Assembly (NCBI GenBank): GCA_963810465.1
Contig: CAWENM010000003.1
Span: forward strand, 128,259 to 192,258
Reading direction: 5' to 3'
Length of the DNA stretch: 64,000 nucleotides
From: an uncultured Acidobacteriota bacterium
GTDB taxonomy: Bacteria; Actinomycetota; Acidimicrobiia; Spongiisociales; ZC4RG35
The translations under genes and the position numbers were made by a program. This document shows, piece by piece, positions 1-10,347 of the stretch. Position 1 is the first letter of the stretch. Every line of letters begins with the position of its first letter. A model generated the notes under the pieces. That model was given only the letters and a program-made list of their open reading frames with translations, did no database searches and was not told where the DNA came from.

Positions 1-1573
1 GAGTGCCGTCGTGGAAGGTGACACCTTCGCGCAACGCGCAGGTCCACACGACACCCTCGGCGTCAGGCACACACTCGGTGGCCAGCTTCGGCACGGCCTG
101 TCCTTCGAGGTCGTATCCGTACAGCCCTTCCTGCGTCTGCTGGCAGGCAGACAGTGACTCGCCATCGGTCTCATCAGGGCAGTAGAGCGAGATCGGCTCG
201 GCGTTCTGGACGAACACCAGATCGGCATCTCCCGGGTTCATGAGTGCGAACTGGGGCGCACCGAACGGCGGGGTAACCGCTCCCTCGAGAGTGGCGAGCC
301 CGGCATTGGCCGCGGCTCCCCAGGCGATCGGCACCATCGGCACATCCTCGACGAGCAGGTCGTTGATCTGCGCGTAGACGGGCTGCGCCTCAGCCGGGTC
401 GACGATCCCTGATCCTTCGATCACTGCGGCAGTGATGTCCGTGTTCATCACACCGAACTGGACGTTGATGCCACCGAAGTGATAGTCGAGGAAGTTGGTC
501 ACGTGCGGGTAGTCGGCGCCCCAGCCCAGTAGATGGATGCCCTCTACCGTGCCGGCGGCGGTCGCCTCGATGAACGCACCTGATTCCATGACCTCGATCG
601 TGGCGTTGATCCCCAGGTTCTCCGCCAACTGGGCGCGGATATCCTCGGCCACCGCCGTCGGCTCCGGGAGATAGACCCGGAACACGTCGCGGAGGGAGAT
701 CGTCGTGTCGAACCCATCGGCGAAGCCGGCCTCTGCAAGAAGCGCTCTCGCTGCCTCAGGGTCGAAGTCGGGGAACGATGCGCCTTCACAGGCGTTCTCC
801 AGGATGCACGGCGCGAAGTGGGTGGCCACCTCCGAGCCTTCCGGGTAGAAGGTGTCGATGATCCTCTGCCGGTCGATGCCCAGCGCGATCGCCTGACGAA
901 CCAATGGGTTGTCGAACGGCGGGAACTGGTTGTTGAACCCAACGTAGAACACGTTCGGGTTGTTATCGACGAGCAACTGGAGATTGGTGTCACCTTCGAT
1001 GCCGGCGTAGTCGCTCGCCGCCAGGTTGGTGATGAAGTCCGCGTTACCCGAGGTCAGCTCGGTGATCCGCCCGGTGCTGTCCTCACGCCAGCGGAAGACC
1101 AGCGTGTCGAACGCCGGAGCCTCGCCCCAGTAGTCGGGGTTCGCCTCGAAGACGATCTCGGACCCACGTGCCCAGCCCCCTTCAGGGAGCATGAACGGGC
1201 CTGTGCCCACCGGGTTCTCCAAGGGGGAACCGGCGGTCGCCTCGAGGTGCTCGGATGGCTGGATGGAGAACGGGACGAACGCAATCTTGACCAGGAATGC
1301 CGGGTCGGCCGCGCACAGGGTGAACACCACCTCGGACGCCGAAGTGGCCTCGATCTTGTTGATCTTGCCCCCGTAATCACAACCCCCTGAGTCGAGTGTG
1401 AGCAATTCTGACGGTGCCTCGGTGGTCGCGACCGAAGTGGTCGTCTCCCCGGCAGCCGATGTCGTCGTCTCACCACCCGCAGTGGTTGTCGACTCGTCGC
1501 CGCCCTCGCTGGCACAAGCGCCGGCGATGAGGGCGAGTACTGCGACGAGCGCCAACCAGCGCATTCGTTTCAT
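1..1573 (-). CDS. ABC transporter substrate-binding protein, family 5 (peptide/nickel/oligosaccharide type), lipoprotein; 3' end truncated by window edge
   Basis: My own minus-strand translation from ATG at 1573. N-terminus is MKRMRWLALVAVLALIAGACASEGG (lipobox). There are about 524 codons with no stop to position 1 and SBP_bac_5-like content throughout. It is not in the ORF track, presumably because it has no stop within the window. Confidence 0.8.
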   Translation of the reverse strand, partial: MKRMRWLALVAVLALIAGACASEGGDESTTTAGGETTTSAAGETTTSVATTEAPSELLTLDSGGCDYGGKINKIEATSASEVVFTLCAADPAFLVKIAFVPFSIQPSEHLEATAGSPLENPVGTGPFMLPEGGWARGSEIVFEANPDYWGEAPAFDTLVFRWREDSTGRITELTSGNADFITNLAASDYAGIEGDTNLQLLVDNNPNVFYVGFNNQFPPFDNPLVRQAIALGIDRQRIIDTFYPEGSEVATHFAPCILENACEGASFPDFDPEAARALLAEAGFADGFDTTISLRDVFRVYLPEPTAVAEDIRAQLAENLGINATIEVMESGAFIEATAAGTVEGIHLLGWGADYPHVTNFLDYHFGGINVQFGVMNTDITAAVIEGSGIVDPAEAQPVYAQINDLLVEDVPMVPIAWGAAANAGLATLEGAVTPPFGAPQFALMNPGDADLVFVQNAEPISLYCPDETDGESLSACQQTQEGLYGYDLEGQAVPKLATECVPDAEGVVWTCALREGVTFHDGT

Positions 1574-1698
1574 ACTTTCTTCCTCCCTTGTTGGGTTTAG
1601 GTCGCGGCGAAGGCAGACCAACCCCGCGACTTCGCCCACGCTACCGGTTTCGATCAGACCGCGCGCAAGTCTGGCTACCTGCCAGTCGCTAATTACCC

Positions 1699-4131
1699 TT
1701 GACATGGATGTCGTATGACCACCGGGCGATCGAAGCGAAATGGCAGGACCGTTGGGAGTCGGAGGGGGTGTTTCACACCACGGAGGACTCGACCAGGCCC
1801 AAGTTCTACAACGTGGCCATGTACCCCTATCCGTCGGGGGAGCTGCACATCGGCCATGTCCGCAACTACACCTACATCGACCTGATCACCCGATACAAGA
1901 CGATGCAGGGGTTCAACGTGCTCAGCCCCATGGGGTGGGACAGTTTTGGGCTCCCTGCCGAGAACCTGGCGATCGAGACCGGCATCCATCCGAGGGTCAG
2001 CGTCGAGGCCCAGATCACCAGGATGAAAGAGCACTTCCGGAAGCTGGGCGCCGCTTTCGACTGGAGCCGGGAACTGGCGAGCCACGACCCTGCCTACTAC
2101 CGGTGGGACCAGTGGCTCTTCCTCGAGCTCTACGACCGAGGTCTTGCCTACAAGGCGACGGCGCCGGTCAATTGGTGCCCCAAGGACCAGACCGTGCTCG
2201 CCAACGAGCAAGTGGTGGATGGTGCGTGTGAGAGGTGCGGGACGCTGGTCGAGAAGCGAAACCTGGCCCAGTGGTTCTTCAAGATCACCGACTACGCCGA
2301 TCGGCTCCTCGATGACATCGATCATCTCGATGATTGGCCGGATCGGGTCCGAACCATGCAGAGGAATTGGATCGGCCGGTCTGAGGGTGCCCGCTTCACG
2401 ATCCCGGTCGAGGGCACGGACGCCACGTTCGATGTGTTCACGACCAGGCCAGACACCATCTTTGGCATGACATTCTGCGTCCTCGCTCCCGAGCACCAAC
2501 TTGTCGAGGAGTTGATCTCGGGGACCGAAGTCGAGGCTGAGGCCAGGGAGTACATATCTCGAGCGGCCCGCCAGTCGGAGATCGAGCGTCTCGCCGAAGG
2601 CGAGAAGACCGGAGTGTTCACCGGAAGATTCGCCATCAACCCGGTCAACGGGAAGCCGGTACCCATCTACATCGCCGACTATGTGTTGATGGGTTACGGA
2701 ACGGGGGCCATCATGGCTGTCCCGGGTCAGGATCAGCGTGACTGGGACTTCGCGGTCAAGTACGGGCTCGACATCATCCGAACGGTCGAACCCGGAGAGG
2801 GCTGGGATGGCGAGGCCTATCTCGGAGATGGGCTCACCATCAACTCAGGCTTCCTGGATGGTCTCGACCGGGTCGGAGCCAAGGAGCGGATCACCGCATG
2901 GCTCGAGGAGCAGGGGATCGGTGAGGGAACGATCCAGTACCGGCTCCGTGACTGGCTGATCTCGAGACAGCGATACTGGGGTTCCCCGATCCCGATGGTC
3001 GAGTGCCCCGAGTGCGGTTTGGTCCCCGTCCCCCGCGATCAACTACCGGTGACCCTGCCCGAGGTCGAGGACTTCGCTCCCAAGGGCCGATCCCCTCTGG
3101 CGGCTGTCGAAGACTGGGTCGCCACCACCTGTTCCCGATGCGGAGGGCCGGCGAGTCGCGAGACCGACACGATGGACACCTTCGTCGATTCCTCCTGGTA
3201 CTACTTCAGGTACACCGACCCTCACAACGATGAGGCCATATTCGATCGGGCCAAGGCCGAGTATTGGATGCCTCTCGACCAATACATCGGTGGGGTCGAA
3301 CATGCGATCCTCCACCTTCTCTACGCCCGATTCATCACCAAGTTCCTGTACGACATCGGGCTGAGCCCGGTCACTGAGCCCTTCATGAGGATGTTCACCC
3401 AGGGGATGCTGGTGAAGGACGGGGCCAAGATGTCGAAATCGAAGGGCAACGTCGTGCCGCCTGACAGGTACTACCGGGAGTACGGCGCCGACGCCCTGCG
3501 CCTGTTCGAGCTGTTCGTCGGACCACCCACTGACGACGCCGTGTGGAACGACAGCGGTGTTCCCGGGACCAAGCGCTTTCTCGACCGGGTGTGGAAGATG
3601 GGTACCACCGACCACCCATTCGTGGACCGAGGCGCGAACGATGACGATGCCGTATTGATGGCCGAGACGCATCGTGCTTTGAGACGTGTGACCGAGGACA
3701 TCAACCGGTTCCACTTCAACACCACGGTCTCCTCCCTGATGTCCCTGGCGAATGTGTTCCAGGAGTATCTGGGCCGCTCGCCGGTGGAGAAGACCTTCGA
3801 CGAGGCCTATCGGATCATGATCCTGATGTTGGCGCCGGCCGCACCTCATGTCGCACACGAGTTGTGGGAGTTGAGGGGGATGGGTTCGATGCTGGCCGAA
3901 GAACCCTGGCCCCAATGGGACGAGTCCCTGGTAGCTGAGTCGACTGTGACCATGGTGGTCCAGGTCAACGGCAAGGTGCGCGACAGGGTCGAGGTGCCGG
4001 CCGACATCACCGCCGAGGATGCGGAGCGGGTAGCTCTCGGTCTCGACAAGGTTCAGGGCTGGATCGACGGGGCCGTCGTGCACAAAGTCATTGCCCGTCC
4101 TCCCAGCCTCATCAACTTCGTCCTGGGGTGA
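1699..4131 (+). CDS. leuS: leucyl-tRNA synthetase
   Basis: 810 aa. HIGH motif (HIGHVRNY), KMSKS, class I LeuRS editing/anticodon domains. TTG start as in the ORF track. Confidence 0.97.
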   Translation: MTWMSYDHRAIEAKWQDRWESEGVFHTTEDSTRPKFYNVAMYPYPSGELHIGHVRNYTYIDLITRYKTMQGFNVLSPMGWDSFGLPAENLAIETGIHPRVSVEAQITRMKEHFRKLGAAFDWSRELASHDPAYYRWDQWLFLELYDRGLAYKATAPVNWCPKDQTVLANEQVVDGACERCGTLVEKRNLAQWFFKITDYADRLLDDIDHLDDWPDRVRTMQRNWIGRSEGARFTIPVEGTDATFDVFTTRPDTIFGMTFCVLAPEHQLVEELISGTEVEAEAREYISRAARQSEIERLAEGEKTGVFTGRFAINPVNGKPVPIYIADYVLMGYGTGAIMAVPGQDQRDWDFAVKYGLDIIRTVEPGEGWDGEAYLGDGLTINSGFLDGLDRVGAKERITAWLEEQGIGEGTIQYRLRDWLISRQRYWGSPIPMVECPECGLVPVPRDQLPVTLPEVEDFAPKGRSPLAAVEDWVATTCSRCGGPASRETDTMDTFVDSSWYYFRYTDPHNDEAIFDRAKAEYWMPLDQYIGGVEHAILHLLYARFITKFLYDIGLSPVTEPFMRMFTQGMLVKDGAKMSKSKGNVVPPDRYYREYGADALRLFELFVGPPTDDAVWNDSGVPGTKRFLDRVWKMGTTDHPFVDRGANDDDAVLMAETHRALRRVTEDINRFHFNTTVSSLMSLANVFQEYLGRSPVEKTFDEAYRIMILMLAPAAPHVAHELWELRGMGSMLAEEPWPQWDESLVAESTVTMVVQVNGKVRDRVEVPADITAEDAERVALGLDKVQGWIDGAVVHKVIARPPSLINFVLG

Positions 4132-4520
4132 ACGCCGGCCAGATGCTGCGTTCCGGCGGGATCGACTCTCTTCGGGTGCGTTTGCTGATCCATCCCATCG
4201 ACCCCGAATCGGTCCGCGTCAGATCCGCGCCGCGGATAATGCGCCGGCTCTGGGCCCGAGACATCAGCGCGATGACGTTGGGCAACACCATCTTCCTCGA
4301 CCCGGCCGTCCTGGCAGCGGCGCAGCATCGATCCAGTCTGCTCCTCGTCCACGAGCTGGTGCACGTGCGTCAATGGGGTGAGCTGGGCGTCATCCGGTTC
4401 CTCTGGAGGTATCTGACCGGCTATCTCGGCGGGAGGTGGAAAGGCCTCGGCCATCATGCTGCGTATCTGGCCATACCCCTCGAAGTCGAGGCGCGGGTGA
4501 CAGCCCGTCTCCTCGGGTGA
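4128..4520 (+). CDS. DUF4157-like HExxH zinc-metallopeptidase-fold protein
   Basis: 130 aa with HELVHVRQW (HExxH) motif. GTGA overlap with the leuS stop. Confidence 0.6.
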   Translation: MNAGQMLRSGGIDSLRVRLLIHPIDPESVRVRSAPRIMRRLWARDISAMTLGNTIFLDPAVLAAAQHRSSLLLVHELVHVRQWGELGVIRFLWRYLTGYLGGRWKGLGHHAAYLAIPLEVEARVTARLLG

Positions 4521-4529
4521 GGGTCCGCC

Positions 4530-5339
4530 CTATTCGACGACCACGCCGTCCAGATCCGGCTCGGGCGGATAATGCGGATCCATCATCTCGAGTGTTTGGA
4601 TAAGGATGCTGGCCACCACGAGATCGCGGTACCACTTGCGGTCGGCGGGCACCACGTACCAGGGGGCATGCTCTGTCGAAGTTCGGCTGAGAGCCTCTTC
4701 GTAGGCCAGGGCAAAGTCATCCCATAGCTTCCGATCCTCCAGGTCAGCGGTGTTGAACTTCCATCTCTTGTCCGGTTCCTGAAGACGGGCCTCGAGTCGT
4801 TCCTTCTGCTCCTCCTTGGAGATGTAGAGGAAGAGCTTGACCACGGTCGTCCCCTCATCGGTCAGCAGGCGCTCGAAATCGACGATGTGGCCATAACGTT
4901 TTCGCCAGCGCTCTTCAGGAGCGAGATCTTTCACCCGCACCACGAGAACGTCCTCGTAGTGCGAGCGGTTGAAGATGGTGATCCCGCCATTCTCAGGCGT
5001 TCGTTGGTGGATTCGCCAGAGATAGTCGTGGGCTAGTTCCCATTCCGTGGGAACGCCGAACCCCCAGACCCTCACTCCCTGGGGATTGACCCCTTCGAAC
5101 ACGCTCCGGATGGTTCCGTCCTTGCCCCCGGTGTCCATGGCCTGAAGAACGATGAGCAATTTCTGTTTGGACTCGGCCCAGAGACGTGTCTGCAGCTCGG
5201 CGAGAGTCGCGTTCAAAGGCTTCAGCGCCTCCTTGCCCTCGACCTTCCCCCCTTCGAAGCCTTGCTTGGAACGGGTGTCGCGAGCCGCGAGGTTTGCCTC
5301 CGTGCCGGGTTTGACCAAGTAGGGCGCGATGTCGAGCAC
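4530..5339 (-). CDS. polyphosphate kinase 2 (PPK2) family protein
   Basis: PPK2 signature ...LLIVLQAMDTGGKDGTIR... and C-terminal ...PWYVVPADRKWYRDL... The long Arg/Pro-rich N-terminal extension in the track ORF looks spurious. Start is probably GTG near 5339 (uncertain). Confidence 0.8.
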   Translation of the reverse strand: MLDIAPYLVKPGTEANLAARDTRSKQGFEGGKVEGKEALKPLNATLAELQTRLWAESKQKLLIVLQAMDTGGKDGTIRSVFEGVNPQGVRVWGFGVPTEWELAHDYLWRIHQRTPENGGITIFNRSHYEDVLVVRVKDLAPEERWRKRYGHIVDFERLLTDEGTTVVKLFLYISKEEQKERLEARLQEPDKRWKFNTADLEDRKLWDDFALAYEEALSRTSTEHAPWYVVPADRKWYRDLVVASILIQTLEMMDPHYPPEPDLDGVVVE

Positions 5340-5416
5340 GATGTCGACCCTACCGAACGACCTCCTTCCCTCACCGGCTGCGGATTGGTATCTACGACAG
5401 GAGAAGAGCCCGGTCG

Positions 5417-5986
5417 GTGGGGGTCGCGATGGGTCGGAGAGAGGCGATGGCGCTGGGCCTGATCCTGGCTGCCGTCCTGGTTGGGGCAGGGCTCGGGACC
5501 ACGAGAGACAAGGATCCGGTCGAAACGGCGCCGGCCACGGTTGAAGCCGCGTCGTCGGACACGGCCGTGTTCCCGGTGTATGTCTCAGGATGGGTGGCGA
5601 ACCCCGGTGTGGTCGAGATGACCGACGGGGCGATCGTCGCCGAAGCAGTGGCGGCGGCCGGCGGGGCCCTCGATGGTGCATTGCTCGATGAGATCAATTT
5701 GGCCCGGCCCCTCGTCGAGGGGGACCACGTGCAGATCCCCGGACCTGGCGACTCGATTGCCGCGGCCGCTGGTGGCGGTGATGGCGACGACGGCCTGATC
5801 GCCATCAATCAGGCGGATGCGTCTTCACTGGAAGACCTCCCGGGTGTTGGTCCCGTCCTTGCCGAGCGGATAGTGGCCCATCGCGAGGCCAACGGGCCCT
5901 TCGAGACGGTGGAGGACCTCTTGGAGGTACCGGGCATCGGTGAGGCCAAGTTGGCTGCGATGAGAGATTCGATCGCCGTGCCTTGA
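5417..5986 (+). CDS. comEA: competence protein ComEA (helix-hairpin-helix DNA-binding)
   Basis: N-terminal TM segment and C-terminal tandem HhH (LEDLPGVGPVLAERIV...LLEVPGIGEAKLAAM). Confidence 0.88.
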   Translation: MGVAMGRREAMALGLILAAVLVGAGLGTTRDKDPVETAPATVEAASSDTAVFPVYVSGWVANPGVVEMTDGAIVAEAVAAAGGALDGALLDEINLARPLVEGDHVQIPGPGDSIAAAAGGGDGDDGLIAINQADASSLEDLPGVGPVLAERIVAHREANGPFETVEDLLEVPGIGEAKLAAMRDSIAVP

Positions 5987-8058
5987 CCCTCGACCATCCG
6001 GCGCTCCCGCCGGCGACCTCCCGACCGTGGATCGGTTGTGCCGTGGGCGTGATTCTTGGCGCGTGGACTGGACACTCTCCGGGTTGGGGACTCGTCCTGG
6101 CATCGATCCCGGTCCTCTGGATGTCGGCGAGAGGTCGGACCGTGGCGGCCTTGATCGTTGCTGTCGCCGCGATCCATTCTTCGATCGCCGCCACACCCTT
6201 GGAGCCGCTGCCTCGGGGTCGCCTCGCGACGCAGGGTGTCATGGCCGGCGACGTCGTCGAGGGCAGATATGGGCCATACGCCTTGGTCGAATCGAGGGTC
6301 GGTCCCATCCTGGCCGACTTTCCGCCGAGCGCGGATGCATCACGCGGCGAGGTCGTCTGGATCGAGGGAAGCGTGGTGGGCGGTGCTGGGGAGATCGGGG
6401 GCCGGCCTCATCGCGGCACGGTCGAGGTCGAGGAAATCGAGGTCGTCTCCGGTCCCAACTCGCCGATCCTCGCTCTGGGGAATGCGATGCGTGACCGTGT
6501 CATCGACCGCCTCAGCCCTCTGGAGGGTGGTCGTGGCCTTCTTGCCGGATTCATGGTGGGCGACACGAGTGGGATCCATGAGGTCGATCAGTCGGCGATG
6601 AGACGGGCTGGTCTATCGCATTTCACCGCGGTGAGTGGTTCGAACGTCGCGATCTTCTTGGGTTTGCTCTATCTGGTGGCCGGGCCAATCGGGATCGGGC
6701 CGAAGCGGCGGGCCCTCCTCGGACTGCTCGGCTTGCCGGTGTTCGCCGCGGCGACCAGATTCGAGCCCTCGGTCCTTCGTGCCTCGGCCATGGCGGGCCT
6801 GGTTCTGGCCGGACGTCTGTCCGGAATCGCGATGGAGACATGGCAGATCCTGTCCGCCGCCGTGATCGCCCTCCTGCTCATCGACCCAGGTCTCGTCTCC
6901 AGCGCCGGCTTTCAACTCTCGGTCGCCGCCACGGTTGGAGTCATCGTCGGCTCCAGATGGCCGTCCTCAGGCGGAATGGTGACGCGGGCCCTGGCAGTCA
7001 CCATTGGCGCGCAGGTCGCCGTCGCACCGCTGCTCATCGTTCACTTCGGCCTGGTCCCGCTCCTTTCTCCGATGGCCAACCTCTTGGCGGCGCCTCTGGT
7101 CGCGGCGGCGACCGTGCTGGGCGTCATGGGCGTAGTCGGGCCGGCGCTCCTGTCTGACTTTGGGGCTGGCCTCGCAGCGGCGGTCCTGTCGATCGCCCGA
7201 CTTGCCTCGTCACTACCTCAAATCGGGTGGTTGGGGTTGGGGGTGATCCTGGCACTGGGGTTGATCCATCTCCTCCGACCCACGCTTAGAGGCGCTCTGG
7301 TCCTCCTCGGGGCATTGCTCGTCGCATTTCTGGTCTTGGCCCCGACCCGGTCATTGCCCGAGCACGGAGCAGTCGTCCTGGACGTTGGTCAAGGAGATGC
7401 CGTCCTGATCGCGGGCGGGCCCGGGAATCTCGCCCTTGTCGATGGCGGTCCTGACCCGGTCACCCTCATGGAGAATCTCGACGAGTACCGCGTGACAGCG
7501 CTGGACTTGGTGGTGGTGACTCATGCCCATGCCGATCATGCTCTCGGCCTCACGGCCCTGGCGGGAAGGATCCCGGTAGGTGAGGTCTGGGCCGATCTCC
7601 GGCCACATGAGACGGGAGCGTCGAGGGAGCTCGTCGGGCTCCTTTCGGAGGCGAGAATCCCGATCGTGGAGCCGTCAGTGGGTGATCAGTACCGCCTCGG
7701 GACGTTGACTCTCACCGTGGAGGCCCCATCCCGCCGATATGCGTCAGCAAACGATCAGTCGATCGTGGTGACCGTGACCGGTCCTGAGAGGACGATGCTG
7801 CTCGCCGGCGACATCGAGACCTACGCACAGACCGAACTGGGGCACCTGAGGGCGGAGGTCTTGAAGGTGCCGCACCACGGTGCCGGTACCTCCGACCCAG
7901 ATTGGTTGAAGCGCGTGGGAGCTGATCTAGCGGTGATCTCGGTGGGCTCGAACGACTTCGGGCACCCTGTTGGTTGGGTGGTCTCGGCTCTCGAGGAGAG
8001 CGGTGCCAAGGTCTTACGGACAGACCTCGCCGGAGACGTCGTCGTTCCACTCGGATGA
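5983..8058 (+). CDS. comEC: DNA internalisation competence protein ComEC/Rec2 with metallo-beta-lactamase domain
   Basis: 691 aa, polytopic membrane N-terminal part, C-terminal MBL motif VVVTHAHADH. 4-nt overlap with comEA. Confidence 0.92.
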   Translation: MTLDHPALPPATSRPWIGCAVGVILGAWTGHSPGWGLVLASIPVLWMSARGRTVAALIVAVAAIHSSIAATPLEPLPRGRLATQGVMAGDVVEGRYGPYALVESRVGPILADFPPSADASRGEVVWIEGSVVGGAGEIGGRPHRGTVEVEEIEVVSGPNSPILALGNAMRDRVIDRLSPLEGGRGLLAGFMVGDTSGIHEVDQSAMRRAGLSHFTAVSGSNVAIFLGLLYLVAGPIGIGPKRRALLGLLGLPVFAAATRFEPSVLRASAMAGLVLAGRLSGIAMETWQILSAAVIALLLIDPGLVSSAGFQLSVAATVGVIVGSRWPSSGGMVTRALAVTIGAQVAVAPLLIVHFGLVPLLSPMANLLAAPLVAAATVLGVMGVVGPALLSDFGAGLAAAVLSIARLASSLPQIGWLGLGVILALGLIHLLRPTLRGALVLLGALLVAFLVLAPTRSLPEHGAVVLDVGQGDAVLIAGGPGNLALVDGGPDPVTLMENLDEYRVTALDLVVVTHAHADHALGLTALAGRIPVGEVWADLRPHETGASRELVGLLSEARIPIVEPSVGDQYRLGTLTLTVEAPSRRYASANDQSIVVTVTGPERTMLLAGDIETYAQTELGHLRAEVLKVPHHGAGTSDPDWLKRVGADLAVISVGSNDFGHPVGWVVSALEESGAKVLRTDLAGDVVVPLG

Positions 8059-8077
8059 AGGTGGGAGACTGGGCCCT

Positions 8078-8872
8078 GTGTTGGACCTGGGCGTCACACA
8101 ACTCCCGCTGGGGGAGATCACATACGTGATGGGGGTGATCAACGTCTCCCCGGATTCGAAGAACGTCCACACCGTCGCCGGCTCCGTCGACGAGGCGTTG
8201 CTGATGGCCGACCGTTACCGATCATGGGGGGCGACGTTGATCGATCTCGGCGGGCAGTCGTCCCACTTCGACAATCCGACGATCGAGGTGGCCGATGAGA
8301 TATCCAGAGTCGTCCCGGTGATCGAGGCATTGGCAGCAGAGGGCCACCTGGTGGCCATCGACACCTGGAAGCCAGATGTAGCCGCCGCAGCGGTCGACGC
8401 GGGCGCGGTCATCATCAACGACACCGGTGGTCTGGCCGACGCGGAGATGCGCCAGGCCGTGACCCGGGCCGGCGTTGCCGCCGTCGCCGTGTACGTAGAG
8501 GGAAACAATCCGCACGATGTCGGAGAGATCGAGATCAGGGAGGACAAGGCCGATCGCACCGCGGAAGCCTTTCGCGACCTCCTCTCCGAGCTGGCCCAGA
8601 TCGGCATCGCCAACGTCATTCTCGATCCGGGAATCGCACTCAACTATCGCGGCGACTACGCGGCATACACCCGGATGCAGCTCCAGATCATTGCCGATTC
8701 CGAACAGCTCCGGGCTCTTGGCAAGCCGATCCTGATCCCCATCCCGCGTAAACGGGACTTCCACCGCGTCGTGGCCTACATCTCTCTGGCACTCGAGCAC
8801 AAGGCCGACATCATCCGGGTCCACGACGTTGCCGTCGCCTGCGATCTGGTGAGGCTGTTCGACCGCGGGTAG
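8078..8872 (+). CDS. dihydropteroate synthase-like pterin-binding protein (FolP family)
   Basis: DHPS fold motifs VMGVINVSPDS, LIDLGGQSS, IINDTGG. Start taken as in-frame GTG at 8078 just after the comEC stop, because the track start at 7970 overlaps comEC. Confidence 0.75.
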   Translation: MLDLGVTQLPLGEITYVMGVINVSPDSKNVHTVAGSVDEALLMADRYRSWGATLIDLGGQSSHFDNPTIEVADEISRVVPVIEALAAEGHLVAIDTWKPDVAAAAVDAGAVIINDTGGLADAEMRQAVTRAGVAAVAVYVEGNNPHDVGEIEIREDKADRTAEAFRDLLSELAQIGIANVILDPGIALNYRGDYAAYTRMQLQIIADSEQLRALGKPILIPIPRKRDFHRVVAYISLALEHKADIIRVHDVAVACDLVRLFDRG

Positions 8873-8876
8873 ACCA

Positions 8877-8903
8877 TTCTGGCGCGGAGATCGCGCCAAA
8901 ACG
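8877..8903. repeat. REP-like palindromic element TTCTGGCGCGGAGATCGCGCCAAAACG (copy 1)
   Basis: 27-nt sequence identical to 22671-22697. GGCGCG/CGCGCC stem with a GAGAT loop, immediately after the folP-like stop codon. Confidence 0.8.
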
Positions 8904-8967
8904 AAAGGTGTCGGTGCGTCCGGTTACCGTCAGGTCATGGCGTTGCTGCTGATCTCGGCTCAGTCGA

Positions 8968-9921
8968 ATGCGGGACCAGGCGAGCGTGAGCAGATGCTGG
9001 ATGGGGCGGCGCAACACTTCGCCCGAGCCGGGCTGGAGCGTGGTCAAGTGCTCAGGGTGGACGTTCCCGGCCGGGGTGCGGGCGAGGAGGGTGATGGTGC
9101 CCTGCGCACCGAATTGGAGCCGGTCATCCCGATGCTCCAATCTGGTTCACTCTTCGGTGGAGCCCCAAGGTCTGCAGCTCGTTGACGCTCAGAATCTCCA
9201 GGCGGCCGAGGGCGCGGTGCTGGAGGGGTTGATCGAGATCGCCGACCTGTCCACGATCGAGATAGTGATCCTGGCCACTGGCGCGTTGCCCAGGTCGCTG
9301 TCCGCTCTCGTCAAGAGACTGGGGAGTTCGCAGTCAGTGCGCAAGATGTGGGAGCGCCAGGCGATGCAATGGCTGGACGCCGAGGTCCGGGACCGCGGCC
9401 TCACGTTCGAGAAAGGGGCTGAGAAGGCGCTCCTTCAGAAATTCGGCACCGACACCGCTGCCATGGGGCAGGCGTTGGATCAACTGGAGCAGACGAGCGG
9501 CAAGATCACCAAAGAGGTGGTGCTCGACCGGTTCAAGAACCGTCCCGACGAGCCCACGTTCATGATCACCGATGCCATGTCGAAGGGCGACGTAGGGGAG
9601 GCGCTGCGACGTCTATCGGATTTCCTCGTCCACGGGCACCCGCTGGTGTTCCTGGCGGCCGTCGAGTCGGATCTCAAGAAGCGAGCCTTGGCGGCAACTG
9701 CCCCGGATGAGCCCACGTTTCGCAAGTGGATCGGTGCCACCGCGAGCGACCGGGGGCCGGCACGGTTTTGGTCACAACGGGGACGGGTCCGGGAGTCGTC
9801 GCTGCGACGAGCGCAAGAGGCGCTGGTGCGGGCCGACCGCGTGATCAAGTCACAACCGGAAGAAGTGCATCGGGTGACCTTGGAGCGGCTGACTGTCGCT
9901 TTCTGCCGCTGGTATGGGTAG
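8968..9921 (+). CDS. holA: DNA polymerase III delta subunit
   Basis: 317 aa with HolA-like C-terminal helical domain. Conserved comEC-holA-rpsT context. Confidence 0.8.
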   Translation: MRDQASVSRCWMGRRNTSPEPGWSVVKCSGWTFPAGVRARRVMVPCAPNWSRSSRCSNLVHSSVEPQGLQLVDAQNLQAAEGAVLEGLIEIADLSTIEIVILATGALPRSLSALVKRLGSSQSVRKMWERQAMQWLDAEVRDRGLTFEKGAEKALLQKFGTDTAAMGQALDQLEQTSGKITKEVVLDRFKNRPDEPTFMITDAMSKGDVGEALRRLSDFLVHGHPLVFLAAVESDLKKRALAATAPDEPTFRKWIGATASDRGPARFWSQRGRVRESSLRRAQEALVRADRVIKSQPEEVHRVTLERLTVAFCRWYG

Positions 9922-9948
9922 AGCGGCTTCGCCGCCCCGTTCTACGTT

Positions 9949-10206
9949 TTACGAACTGGTAGTGACTCGCTTGGCGAGTCGCGACTTTTTCCGGGCGGCG
10001 GCCTTCTTGTGGAGCACGCCCTTCGACACCGCGGTGTCGATCTTCGCCTGTGCCTGACGGAGCAATTCGTCGGTGGGCTCGCCTGCGGCAGCAGCCGTCT
10101 CCACCTTCTTGACGCTCGTCTTCAGGTTGGAATTGATCGACTTGTTTCGCATCCGCCGATTCTCGTTTTGGCGGTTCCGCTTGATCTGTGACTTGATGTT
10201 GGCCAT
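9949..10206 (-). CDS. rpsT: 30S ribosomal protein S20
   Basis: 85 aa: [23 protein letters not shown]...[12 protein letters not shown]. Confidence 0.95.
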   Translation of the reverse strand: MANIKSQIKRNRQNENRRMRNKSINSNLKTSVKKVETAAAAGEPTDELLRQAQAKIDTAVSKGVLHKKAAARKKSRLAKRVTTSS

Positions 10207-10347
10207 ATGAGTGTGAGTCCTGGGTTCTGAGTTGTGGGTGCGCGAGTCGATGACCCACTGGTCGGATGGACCTCGGCCGAAGGACCGAAGCAGGAAGAGT
10301 AACAGCGGGATATCGGTAGGTACAATGCCGCCTCTTCCCGGTTACCC

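Noticed and set aside
1574-1698. T-box or other riboswitch upstream of leuS / glyQS
   Set aside because: No T-box specifier-loop or antiterminator consensus (AGGGUGGNACCGCG) was found. The leaders are short and the arrangement is a divergent promoter region.
1693-2499. Long antisense ORFs opposite real genes (for example 1693..2499-, 3043..4083-, 8222..8899-, 14610..15770-, 17788..18765-, 20491..21414-, 23644..24582-, 26748..27803-, 39955..40632+, 42092..42805+, 44271..45146+, 47673..48518+, 51014..52096+, 52235..53236+)
   Set aside because: Their translations are Arg/Pro/Gly-rich and low-complexity, with no recognisable domains. They lie exactly antisense to strongly supported genes. These are typical high-GC stop-codon-poor artefacts.
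9922-9948. Bidirectional terminator between holA and rpsT
   Set aside because: Only a 5-bp GCGGC-TTC-GCCGC hairpin with no clear U-tract. Too weak to annotate.
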